From: Octopus vulgaris
Taxonomy: Eukaryota
DNA length: 64,000 bases
Direction of reading: 5' to 3'
Assembly (NCBI GenBank): GCA_951406725.2
Contig: OX597816.1
Coordinates: 99,200,001 to 99,264,000, forward strand
The notes beneath the pieces were generated by a model that was not told the DNA's origin, ran no database searches, and saw only the letters and a list, made by a program, of their open reading frames with translations. How positions within the stretch are numbered: the first letter of the stretch is position 1; each line of letters starts with the position of its first letter. Of this stretch, positions 1-11,671 are shown in pieces. The position numbers and the translations under genes were made by a program.

Positions 1-2
1 AT

Positions 3-455
3 AAGATTGAAGCTATCAATACCTTTGAGGTTTCACTCCTTACATATGGAGCAGGGGTAATCGCATGGACAGCAGAAAAACTAAACAGCTCAGACAGAAA
101 GACAAGAAAGTTGTTGACTAGATATGGGATACGCCATCCAAAACGTGACACAGACACTCTGTATGTACCAAGAAAAATAGGGAGAAGAGGACTGATTGGA
201 TGCGAACACAGAATTAGAGCAGAGAACCGCTATTATTGGAAGAAAGAAGGTCAGGCTTGTATAGGATAGAAGATTGTAAAGATAAAGTCTGTAGAAGCAT
301 TTGAAAATAAATGAAACTGAAAACAGGTGGATAAAGAAAATAATGCATGGAAAAATCCATAGGGATACAGAGAAAAAGATGGCTGTGAATGACTAAAAGT
401 GATTTAAAACTGGAAACGGAGGCTCTAATCTGTGCTGCCCAAGAGCAATTACAAC
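3..455 (+). mobile_element. R4/Dong-clade non-LTR retrotransposon, decayed fragment of the region C-terminal to the RT core
   Basis: The frame from nt 3 reads KIEAINTFEVSLLTYGAGVIAWTAEKLNSSDRKTRKLLTRYGIRHPKRDTDTLYVPRKIGRRGL. After frameshifts it reads WIKKIMHG and RWL*MTKSDLKLETEALICAAQEQ, which are typical R4/Dong motifs. Confidence 0.85.
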
Positions 456-460
456 AAAAT

Positions 461-793
461 AGAAGTAGTGGGGGAGTATCATAGCCATATGTTGAGAGGA
501 ATTCTTTGGGGTTTGAATAATTCACCCTTGGAAACATGAATGTTTCGTTCAACATCCTTAAACAACTCTTTGAGCGGGATGGGCTACTCAACCAAAAGAA
601 AATTCTAACTGGGTTCCACCTGCAAGGTCATGCGCTGCTTATCTTGATATGAGATCTCCATGTTGCGCACATATAGTTGTGATGCATATACCTAGTGTAC
701 CCTTATCAGACGGGTAGTCATGATGGGTATACTGGGCTTCGTATATTTACCCCAGTGTCACTTTGATGGCATGCACTGCTCTCACACTCAATG

Positions 794-829
<36 letters not shown>

Positions 830-1625
830 TGGTCCCTTATTCGAGGACTTTTTGAGCGGGATGGGTTACTTGACCAGAAGAAATTTCTAACTGGGCCCCA
901 CCTGCAAGACCATGTGCTGTTTATTTTGATATGAGATCACCGTGTCGCGCATATATGGTTGTGAGGTATGTGCCTAGTGTACCCTTATCAGACGGGTAGT
1001 CCTGATGGGTATGCTGTGTTTTGTATATTTTACCCCAGTGTCACTTTGATGGCATGCACTGTTCTCTCATTCAATATTAATAATGCAATACCAGAGACTA
1101 GCTCTCATGGTTTCTGATCTTGATTTGAATATATTATCATGTACATGCTTTGTCTTGGTATAAATGATGGGCTACAGCAAATATCCTGCTCCATACCACA
1201 GATTGCTTGCCGGTTGTTTGACCATAACCATTTGAGCATGTCCCTAAGTGGCTGAAGATATGTGCATCTCTGATCACGAGCAGGAGTCTTGGGAGAGCAT
1301 CATAGTCATGTGTTGTGAGTAATTGTTTGGGGTTTGAATAATTCCCCTCTGGAAACATAGGTGTTTCGTTCACCATCCTTAAAGAACCCTTATTCAAGGC
1401 CCTTTTGAGTGGGATGGTCTACTCGAAAAGTTTAACTGGGCCCTTACTACAAGCTATTTATCTTCATAACAGATCATCATGTCGCGTACATTGGCTGTGA
1501 TATATGTGCCTGGCTTACTCTTATCAGACGCGTAGTCATGATGGGTATATTAGGCTTTGTATATTTCTATCCCAGTGTTACTTTGATGGCATGCATTGCT
1601 CTCTCACTCAATAAAACTTATAATA
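461..1625 (+). repeat. Three tandem, differently 5'-truncated copies of a repeat ending in TAA-type tails (probable R4/Dong 3' UTR)
   Basis: The blocks CTTATCAGACG-GTAGTC-TGATGGGTAT and CTTTGATGGCATGCA recur at about 700/770, 985/1045 and 1520/1582. Copies lie at about 461-790, 834-1072 and 1090-1612. A clear (TAA)n tail runs from about 790 to 828. Confidence 0.75.
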
Positions 1626-3397
1626 AGACACTAGGCTAGCGACTTAAGGATACTCAGTAAAGTTTCGAAAAGATAACAGTACAATAGTTTTTGGTCGACA
1701 TTCTAACTTTCTACCAATCTGCACCCAGTGAAATTACGATCATATCAATAATTATGTTTACTAATTAGGACACGGTCGAATACTTTGTGTAACGTAAACT
1801 GATTATACCGCCGCCATTTGTTGATGGGTGCATATTTATCGGTTTATGACAGCGGAAGGGTTACCATATAATTTTTAACTATGTTATTGAATATAATTAA
1901 ACACGTAAAATAACTACAATTATCTTCGAGAAGTTATTTTAACAATCGAATACCCGATAATTTGAAAAAAGTCGAATTCTTACTCAATAAAGTTATGCTA
2001 GATTTTGTTACCACCATTTTTGTTTTGACCTCATATCTAATCTATATATTTGCTTCTCATTGCATTATTTTTCAATACGTATCACTCGATTGACGATGGT
2101 TATTAAATCCTAATGCCGGTGTTACCCGGCTACCCCGATTATGTTTTGCTATTTTGCTAGTGTTGTCTTCGCAAATTTCATATGCTTTTGAGGTTATTTC
2201 TACGTGTGTTCCATAGTTTGTAATTTTTACATCCAAATCATGGATGATATCATAGTGGGAATGGATTCCCTTTCACTGAATGCTACTTTGACTCCATCGA
2301 CTAAAGTTTTTTCACTTTACCCAGTTTCTATCTGCGACAAGTGGAGGCTATTCATTTGCTACTATTTCCGTTGTTGTTCAGCTCGGTATATTGTTGCCGT
2401 TTAATTGTGGTGTAGCCTCAAGAGAATTGACATATTACACTATACTCATCTTTCATGATAAAATGACAGTGCATGACCTCTTATATTTGTTAAAAGATAA
2501 GCTAAATAAGCCGTGAATTATTTATTTCAATTTTATTAACTGGATATTTACATATTGTCTCTGAGTTCTCTTTCTACCTTTTTGCTTCCCTGCATTTGTC
2601 AATCTCTTTCTCTTTCTTTATATCTCACTAGAGACAGAGAGAGAAAGTGACTGAGTGTGTGAGTATGTGTGTGTGAGTATGTGTGTGTGTGTGTGTGTGT
2701 GTTCGTGCGTGTGTGAGTGTCTGGAAAAGAGACCAACATAGACAATATACATAGAATATATATTAGTATGTATGTATGCATGGATGTAATCGAATGACTT
2801 CCTTATCAAATATTTGGAGTGTTAACCTGTTTATGTTTGTTTTCTGGAGCAAATCAATGCTTATAAACCAAAAACTTTATCAATGTTTTATTGTCTAGGA
2901 AACTGTTCCAGTGACCTTTATTAACCATAAGAACATCAAATGATCAGATTTTTAGTTATTTGATATAGGAGTCGGCCATTAAGCATTTATTTCCTTTCCC
3001 TGAGGTTAGCAGGAAACCCATCAGTTGCTGTTTTTTTAGTATTCAAACTATATTTTTCATGTCTTACTTCGCATCTCTCACTTTGTTGGGAATACAATAC
3101 AAATTGTTATCATGCCATAAATGTTTCATCGTGTGGTAAGATAAGATTTTATATATTTTTTCTGATTACTAGTCTAAGGAAGAAAATATATAACCTATAG
3201 AACATAGGCTCATAGTTGCAAAAGCAATTTTTAGTAGTTGTAATATTATGTTTATAACGGGTTTATGAACTTAAACAAAACTATTTACCTAATGTACTGT
3301 GCAACAATAGCAAGAGCTGTGTACGTTATTATAGCGTAAAATGATGAAGTATCTCATTTTCAGCTATTTATGTTGGGAACAATAGTCTAGTCAAAAA

Positions 3398-3914
3398 TCT
3401 ATATATATAAAACTGTAGTTGTGTGAGTGTCTGTCTCCTACGATTTAGATTCCTAACTCCTCCCACATTTTGCGGTGCAGTTTAACCAAATTCGGGTATC
3501 TTATAGTCGTGTTTAATATCAAGCCCGTCTGGCTATTAGCGCGCATCTACGATGAGTCTACGATTTTTAAAATAATTTAACATCATTTTTTATTCCATTT
3601 TAATGCATAATTTTTCGTGTGTCGATGGCGGCGGTGTTGGCGTCCACGCTCAAACACCTGCACCTGTGTTTGCTTCTCCCCATTCTTCCCTCCCTCGTGA
3701 AGCTGTGGGGAAGGGAGTGTAAGGAAATCAACGTCGTAAAGCGTTGTCAAGGAGACCAGCGTTCTTTTAGAACAACGAATTCATGACTTGAAGACACCAA
3801 AACAGAAATGGCTAAGAAAGCCCGAATTGGCATCTATAAGGGAAGTAACTCTCTAAAAATGCTTATATAGTTATTTCCCTCACAAACCCGAGCAACGCCG
3901 GGCGATACTGCTAG
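3398..3914 (+). mobile_element. Non-autonomous Helitron, 517 bp, both termini intact
   Basis: 5' end A|TCTATATATATAAAACTG. 3' hairpin CCCGAGCAACGCCGGG at 3887-3902, followed by CTAG|T. Inserted between A and T with no target-site duplication. Confidence 0.9.
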
Positions 3915-6029
3915 TTTTATATAATTTTCTTCATAGTACAATAGTTAAATGACGGAATAGTGGGTGGCAGAGTCGATGTGTACTGGACTACTAGTCGAGA
4001 GGTTATACTGCTTTAACACTTTCATTGTCATATTTCTAATAAAATATGTTTTCTTCATTTCAATTGATTATGGAAATAATGAAGTATTTTGTCAAGTAAC
4101 TTTGTCTTATTAAGCTGGTGTTATGAGGCAAACTTACATGAAACTTTCTTTTTAGACAATTTTATAACAGAAAGGTTGCATCATAAAACCATATAAGGTC
4201 TCACTAGGTTGTTATCAAAAGAATTAAACTTTTAAACTTCAAGGACCCAATTTATTTAGTTCTGTGTAGATACTATCATATGATAAAATTTGGCATTTAA
4301 AGCGCTAGTAGCGGCATGCAGGGACATTTCCATAACATGCAGATCTAGGTAGATCCTCTCACACCAAACTTTTATTTAGGATTCGAACATGATTATCTAG
4401 ATTTCAAGACATTACTAACTATACCCGGTTTTCAAAATGGTACACAACCTGTAGGACCTGAGAGTCATCATGCATTTAGCCCTTTGTTATTGGGGTAGAG
4501 TTTCGCCAAGTAGTTTATGCTAAATACTAACCGGCCTTTCCTTCTTATTTGAAAGGTATATTTAAATTATGACACCTGATTCTATTTAGTCCAATAACCT
4601 AAACAAACCTGTAGTTAGACCGCGATTATTTGAGGTTTAGCAATTTGTAAAACTAGTTATTTTTGAATATGCAGCATAAACTTTGGGATGCCCGATCAAC
4701 CCCTAATTGAGACTTTTCAAGTATCTTCCTCTTTATACCTGTAAATTACACCAAAATTGTTGTTCTTGAAGGTCTGCATGATTTTATATGGTAACCGAAA
4801 TATAACATTAATCGTTGTGCAGAAAGCTAATAGAGCAATGTGTTTTGTCTGACACTTTAACTATTATGCCAATCCACTGCTCTTCGTTGAATAAATAATG
4901 AATGAGGGTTTTAATCAATTTGAAATTCACCACCGCTTAGAAATTAAAAATCTGAAAGATAACTTGAAATTCTCATCAAACTCCGTACAAAGAAAAAATA
5001 TATCAGCTTTTCAAAGCTGACGATACTTTCATGTTCTCCTCGAACATAGATATCAGATTCTAAATATATTGAACTTACATCTTACAGAAACCATCATTGC
5101 AAATCTATAGAATCAGTTAACGATGAAATAGGTATGGATATCTTTGATCTCTTGAAGGCAACATATAGAAAATCAATATAACTCAAGTCATCACAAACTA
5201 ATTGTACATTAAGGACATTACAATGCTCATGATATATTCATTAGTAGAAAGAAAAGAATTGGTTGGGCGACAGACAAATTGCTTTGTGGCATTTAGTTTT
5301 ATCTAAAGTTTGAGCTCAAATCCCACCGAAATCAAATTTGCCGTTCATATTTATGGCATTCGATAAAATAAGTTCTAGTTATGTGATGGTATTGATTATT
5401 TTCATCGATACCGGCTAGATGAAAACGTGAATCGACTCTTGAAAAATTTTAGAGAATCATGCAAAAATGATGCGACTAAATATCGCAAATCATTTCCTTC
5501 AACATTCAACAAATTCTACAGCTACGGTCGTACACTGTACTATTCAATAATTTAAAATGTCGGTGAGGATGCAGTAACAAGCAAATGTATAAATATGGAA
5601 TTTATTTAATTTTACATTTTTAGAAGCACCCCTCTATAGTTCTCCTTTCCACTGTGGTCAATAAAGTAATTGTCAATGAAGTAAATGTACCCTCGAAACT
5701 ATGTGGACTAGTGCTATATGTAGGAACTCGTATTCCTACATAAAATGCACCAAAAGTTTGATTTTTTTAAAACTCAAATGACTTGAAAAACATAATCGAT
5801 CGAACTGACACTAGTAATCATTTATAATCTGCTTCTTTTTTGTTGCCGAACCAACAAAGCTTGTTAAACGGTGAGAAACAAACACAGACACATACACAAA
5901 CGAAAAGTATACGTTTGTCTTGTGTGCGCGTGTATGGGCTTGTATATTGCACTGCTTGTATATGTGTCCCCCTTCTATTTTATTTGTATGTTTCTTGTTC
6001 TATTCTGTCTTCCGTCGTTAGATTGCGGG

Positions 6030-6800
6030 TTGTGGGGTGTTACTTTACGTTAGTGTTTTCTGTTGAGGATCGGCCCACTTTCTATTATTTGTCAACTCAG
6101 TATTCTGTCTGAGTGTTGTCAGTTGTATGTGTGGATACAACCTTAACTTCTATATTATCTATGGAGCCCTTGTGTTCTTGTTTGGTATGTTGGCATAGCA
6201 TCCACGAGCTTTTCTCCTCCGTGAGCTCTCAACAGTGGCTTTCGCCCACTCTTTTATGCTATGGGCTGTCTCTTCTATATACGTCGTCGTCATCTTTATG
6301 CATCGTGCTTCTGTACGTCTTATTCTCTAGAATTCATTCCTAGTTTTTCAGTTTGTCTATTGACTTGCCCTACACACTACCCAGCTCCTATCAGTACAGT
6401 TGTTCTCTTTCAAAAGTCTGTTCTACTGATCAGGGATTTTATGTCCTTTCTACAACTATAATTCGTAGATTCAGTTTATTTAACGCTTTTTAAAAATGAT
6501 ACGCTAGTTCACCTACAGGAGTAGCGTCAACAAACATGACGCTTTGGTATTTTGGCTGTTATACCATGAGCTAGCCTTCTCTATTTTCTTCTTAGTCCTT
6601 TTTATATTATTCCATCGCGGGCAGATCCCATTTGCCTCATTCTCTATTCTGGTCAGGAATTTTGTCGTGGCTCTTTTGTACACCCTGATCCTGTCTTTTT
6701 CGCTGTATCCAGAGATTTCGATATATGCATGCGATGGATGAAATGCTATATGCATCTCTCTAATTCCGTTGGTTGGCACTGCGGCAAACGTTTCACGATA
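6030..6800 (-). mobile_element. Decayed Penelope-like element: RT C-terminus, linker and GIY-YIG endonuclease
   Basis: Minus-strand frames give ISGYSEKDRIRVY..., KASSWY, VMFVDATPVGELA, LNLRIIVVERT, IKSLISRTD and YIEETAHSIKE (a decayed YIGET motif), with many stops and frameshifts. Confidence 0.7.
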
Positions 6801-7134
6801 CAAAGCCTGCTATCACAATATTGAACTTAGTTTCCAGCCAGTTCAGTGTCTAACACAAGTAGTCTGGTATTGGGGTGCTTAGTAGGGTAGTCTACCGTTT
6901 ACCTAATACTCCGGTGGATGAGGTTAGCTATTTACTGGATGCTTTCCATGGTGCTAGCTTTTAGTTCGGGTTCATAGATATTCTCTTGTGTGTGTTTTTA
7001 CCAGTATCTTGATATCATCGACTTAGCGAGAGAACATGGTTTGGGCTAGCTCTCTGCTAAGTGTTCCTCAGTTTTCTATCCTACGATACTATAAACCGTT
7101 TGGTCACATCGCCTCCGCACGGTTTACGACTCGT

Positions 7135-7245
7135 AAATTCACTCACAGACATTGATAGCACTGGAGCTATACTAGGAGATACTTTTCCGAGATGTCATGT
7201 AGTCGGGCTGAACACCGGATTACTTAACCACACAACCATGCCAGC
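7135..7245 (-). mobile_element. Degenerate head of the tRNA-derived SINE family seen at 10095-10540
   Basis: TCACTCACAGAC...CTATACTAGGAGATACTT...CTTAACCACACAACC aligns by eye to the 5' half of the 10095-10540 copy. Confidence 0.55.
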
Positions 7246-8562
7246 ACTTCTATATAAAATATTTGTAATGTGAGAAAAATTATTACTTTTGGATTGCAAT
7301 CTACTAGAGATATCAGTGTGCAATTGTAAACGCTTTTGAGTCTTTAGGTTCGTGAAGCGGCAGCAAGTGTTGACTTTTAAACTAGATACTTTGTAATAAT
7401 GAATAATGAACATAACCTTGCAGTCTATCTTCAAATGCTGCCGAAATAGATTTGTCTTTTATTCTTTCTGATCAATAAAATGTTAACATCATTCAGAAAG
7501 CTGAATCCAATAAATTGATTTCGAATCACACATAAAATATGAATCATTAGTAGAAATTTATAATTAGCGTTGCTCCTCAATATTATAAGTTCTAATCATA
7601 TCGAAACCAAATCTCTCTTTAATCTCTCCCGAATTCATATTGTAGGGTCCCCTAATATTTTAGGTTAATTTGGCTAACTACATCGCTATCATTCACTTCA
7701 ATAGCTTTTGATCTAAGTTTGCAAAGCGTTAATAACACCGATTCTCTTATATTTGTAAAGAAGTCATTACATATTGCAAATAATAAGTATCGACCAATTC
7801 AAGCGGCGTAAATATAAGTAATGCCAGTTAAATAAATAAGTTCAAATGCAAAACGAAATGGTACTGCAGATTTGGAAGTTCAAAAAGCCCACAGCCAGTT
7901 ATGATGCTTAGCCGGTCTTTTAGTTCTAATCGAACAGACCCTGATCAAAGATGATCTAACATGACCATTTTTTGAGATATGTGTAGTTTCTTTACTTAAT
8001 ATGATGGTATGCAATTTGTGATTGCAGATAGTTTCCCTCAAAATTAGCAACATTATATAACAGTGAATTAAGCTATGCTAAAATTTGTATATGTTGATGA
8101 AAGATTTCTGCCATTTCTTGTAATTATTACTATTGATTTTTACTACTAATATGAGGAGGCATATATTTTCAAACTTGTACAGTAATCGTACGGATAATAT
8201 TTTATAAGAAATATTAGAATTATTGAATAATACAACTACAGTACATTCTGATACCTATTAAATTAAAAATTCTGCTAGCCCAAAATTTGCTTGCCGATTT
8301 ACAGTGTTAGCACTGCTACCCATCCAAGTACTGACTACTATTTCACTAGTTACACAGATGCCTATCGAAAAGTATTTTGTACTCTTATGCGTCTTCATAC
8401 ATATGAACCAAATGCTGTATGTACCATTCCAGTGCCTACTAAACATTCTAAGAGTTATTCTCATGTCTACATATAAGTGCACCAACATACCTTGTCGGGA
8501 ACGTATGTTAATAATTATATTTCTTTGTCAGGTTAAATGTGATCTTGCTCTCGAACAAATGC

Positions 8563-8790
8563 ACTCTCTTACTCTTTACTTGTTTCAGTCATTTGACTGT
8601 AACCACGCTGGAGCACCACTTTTAGTCGAGCAAATCGACCCCAGAACCTATTCTTTGTTAGCCTAGTAATTATTCTTTCGGTCTCTTTTGCCGAACCGCT
8701 AAGTTACTGGGACGTAAACACACCAGCAACGGTTGTCAAGCGATGTTGGGGGACAGACACACACACACACACACACATACATATATATAG
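8563..8790 (-). mobile_element. 3' half of a tRNA-derived SINE with an internal CA/TA microsatellite
   Basis: TTACTTGTTTCAGTCATTTGACTG...CTTTTGCCGAACCGCTAAGTTAC...TGTCAAGCGATG matches 10105-10275. Confidence 0.85.
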
Positions 8791-8904
8791 ATACAAGCAT
8801 TTTGTGGGAACGTGAGGCAGAGACAGTCTCCTCGCCTCACCCAACCTGTAACCCGACCACATCTGTCACATCATTAAACAACCTCAGTTGCATTCACTGC
8901 TTTC

Positions 8905-9795
8905 AGTCGCTCCTCTCCTGCTCTCCTAATCTCCCTCTCCTGCTCTCCCTCTCCTGCTTTCCCTCTCCTGATCTCCCTCTCTCCCTCTCTCCCTCTCTCC
9001 CTCTCTCCTTCTCTCCTGATCTCCTTCTCTCCTGATCTCCTTCTCTCCTGATCTCCTTCTCTCCTGATCTCCTTCTCTCCTGATCTCTCTCTCTCCTGAT
9101 TTCCCTCTCTCCTGATCTCCCTCTTTCCTGATCTCCCTCTCTCCTGATCTCCCTCTCTCCTGATCTCCCTCTCTCCTGATCGCCCTCTCTCCTGATCGCC
9201 CTCTCTCCTGATCGCCCTCTCTCCTGATCGCCCTCTCTCCTGATCGCCCTCTCTCCTGATCACCCTCTCTCCTGCTCTCCCTCTCCTGCTCTCCCTCTCT
9301 CCTGATCTCCTGATCGCCCTCTCTCCTGATCGCTCTCTCTCTTTCTCTCCGTCTCTCCTGATCTCCCTCTCTCCTGCTCCCTCTCTCCTGATCTCTTTCC
9401 TGCTCTCCTGATCTCCCTCTCCTGATCTCCTGATCTCCCTCTCCTACTCTCCTGATCTCCTGCTCTCCCTCTCTCCTGATCGCCCTCTCTCCTGCTCTCC
9501 CTCTCTCCTGATCTCCCTCGCTCATGCTCTCCCTCTCTCTTTCTCTCCCGGTCTCCCTCTCCTGCTCTCCCTCTCTCTTTCTTTCCCGCTCTCTATTTCT
9601 CTCCCTCTCTCTTTCTCTCCGTCTCTCCTGATCACCCTCTCTCCTGCTCTCCCTCTCTCCTGATCGCCCTTTCTCTTGCTCTCCCTCTACCCTGCTCTCC
9701 CTCTCTCCTGCTCTCCCTTTCTCCTGATCGCCCTCTCTTCTGATTGCCCTCCCTGTCTCTCTCTTCCTCTCTCTCTCTTCCTCCCCTCTCTCCTC
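8905..9795. repeat. Polypyrimidine 16-bp minisatellite (CTCTCTCCTGATC[T/G]CC)n
   Basis: Consecutive CGCCCTCTCTCCTGAT units at 9181-9260 and degenerate units on both flanks. This explains the REGDQERGRSGE ORFs. Confidence 0.95.
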
Positions 9796-10012
9796 CAAAG
9801 ATGTCAATAGACGAACAATGCTATCATTGTTGTTGCTTATTATTGTTAATGTTGTTGTTGTTATTGTTACTTTCTTGGTGGAAGTGATGGCGATGAAGGG
9901 TGGCGGCGGTGGTTGAGTGATGCGTGACGGTGTCAGACATTACCTAACACCATTGACGGTTCTTACTTTATCTACATAATCACTCACACACATACACACA
10001 CACAAATTCAGT

Positions 10013-10058
<46 letters not shown>

Positions 10059-10094
10059 TACAAGTGTATAAATAGACACATACGTACATATGTT

Positions 10095-10310
10095 CTTTTA
10101 TTCTTTTACTTGTTCCATTCATTTGACTGCGGCCATGCAGGAGTACTGCCTTTAGTCAAATAAGTCGACCCCAGGACTAATTCTTTGTAAGCCTAGGACT
10201 TTTTCGTCGATTTCTTTTGCCGAACCGCTAAGTTACAGACATAACCACACCAACATCGGCTGTCAAGCGATGGTGAGAGTACAAACTGGTACAAACACAC
10301 ACACACACAT

Positions 10311-10361
<51 letters not shown>

Positions 10362-10540
10362 CATACGTACATGTATACACGTCAGGCTTCTTTCAATTTC
10401 CGTCCGCCAAACTCACTCACAAGGCTTTGGTTGGCCCGAGGCTATAGTAGAAGACACTTGCCCAAGATGCCACGCAGTGGGACTGAACCTGGAAACAAGT
10501 AGTTGGTAAGCAAGCGTCTAACCACACAGCTACTTCTACG
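10095..10540 (-). mobile_element. Near full-length tRNA-derived SINE with an internal microsatellite
   Basis: The minus-strand head has Pol III A/B-box-like motifs (TAGCTGTGTGG...GGTTCAGTCCC). A central (TG)/(TA) tract follows, then a tail ending GAACAAGTAAAAGAATAAAAGAA. Several copies occur in the window. Confidence 0.85.
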
Positions 10541-11671
10541 CTATATATAACAGGTTTCTGCGCTTTGCGTTCAAACCCCTCCTAGACAAACTAATATGAC
10601 ATAAGTTCATTCAAGAAATGGCAGTTGAGAACAGCTCCATCCGAGGAAAAATATTCTCAAGAATAAAATACTGTCCTAAGTTGAAATGCCGTTAAAGAAA
10701 AGAACAGGCCGAAGATAAATGGTCAAATGTGGGCTCGTGTTTCTGCTGACAGTTGCCCTGTTTCTAGAAAGTAAAGAATTTGTGCAAAATGAGTAGAACA
10801 CTGCTACAACCTGGGTAATTTGCGTTATTAAACAAAAATGAGCTTAGAGAACTAACACAGGAGTGACCAGTGGTCTTTTTATGAACAACACTGACAAATA
10901 CAGGTATATCAAATACCATACAACAAAAATTCTTGATTTATTAAAACTATCTTCACCTCTAGAGGATATGGCACAATTACTAAATGGAAATTGACAACGG
11001 CCCCATATGAAACGAACAATATCAATGAGCTCGTTTGTTTTCTATTCTTTCTAATGCACACACATACACACACACATAGACAGACAGAAATAAGAAAATG
11101 GAGGGGATTAATAGGTGGTTCACCTACTTTTAGACATTATATTATGTCAACTTATTTATCAAAATGACAATTACAAGAATATACATACATATATAACATA
11201 TGCTTTACATATAAAAAATATTAATATATAAAGATACCAGTAATTATTAAAATATAACATGTGTGTATACATGCATGCATGCATGAACATATGCATGTAT
11301 GTACACGACGAGTTTCCATAGAGTTTCACCGAAAGTGAAACAGTGTAGCGTGCCGATTCATCTACCAATCGCAGCTTAAACAGCTTTGAAGTGTTAACAG
11401 GAAACACGTTCAAAAGAAAATTAAAAGATGCAGGAATAAGCACAAACAGAACGTGAATATTGATAGTCAATGCACCCGTGTATAGAAACGGATCCAAGAT
11501 CTGCTGCGACACCTATTTCCCCTAATCCAAGCCCAAAATAACCTCAAACTCAGTCCCATCTTACCGCCTCAGGTCAAAATTTCTGTTGACCAACTTAAAA
11601 GCAGACTCGCCCCTTCCAAATACCTGGCGCCCACGCGCACTCACATGCTCGCACACACATGTATAGCTACA

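Noticed and set aside
7021-7062. Hairpin ACTTAGCGAGAG...CTCTCTGCTAAGT
   Set aside because: It is an isolated short imperfect stem next to a decayed element, with no second copy to support it.
8874-9807. 293-aa and 129-aa R/E/G-rich ORFs, or a CRISPR-like array
   Set aside because: These are translations of a 16-bp tandem repeat that is open in several frames. There are no unique spacers and no cas genes.
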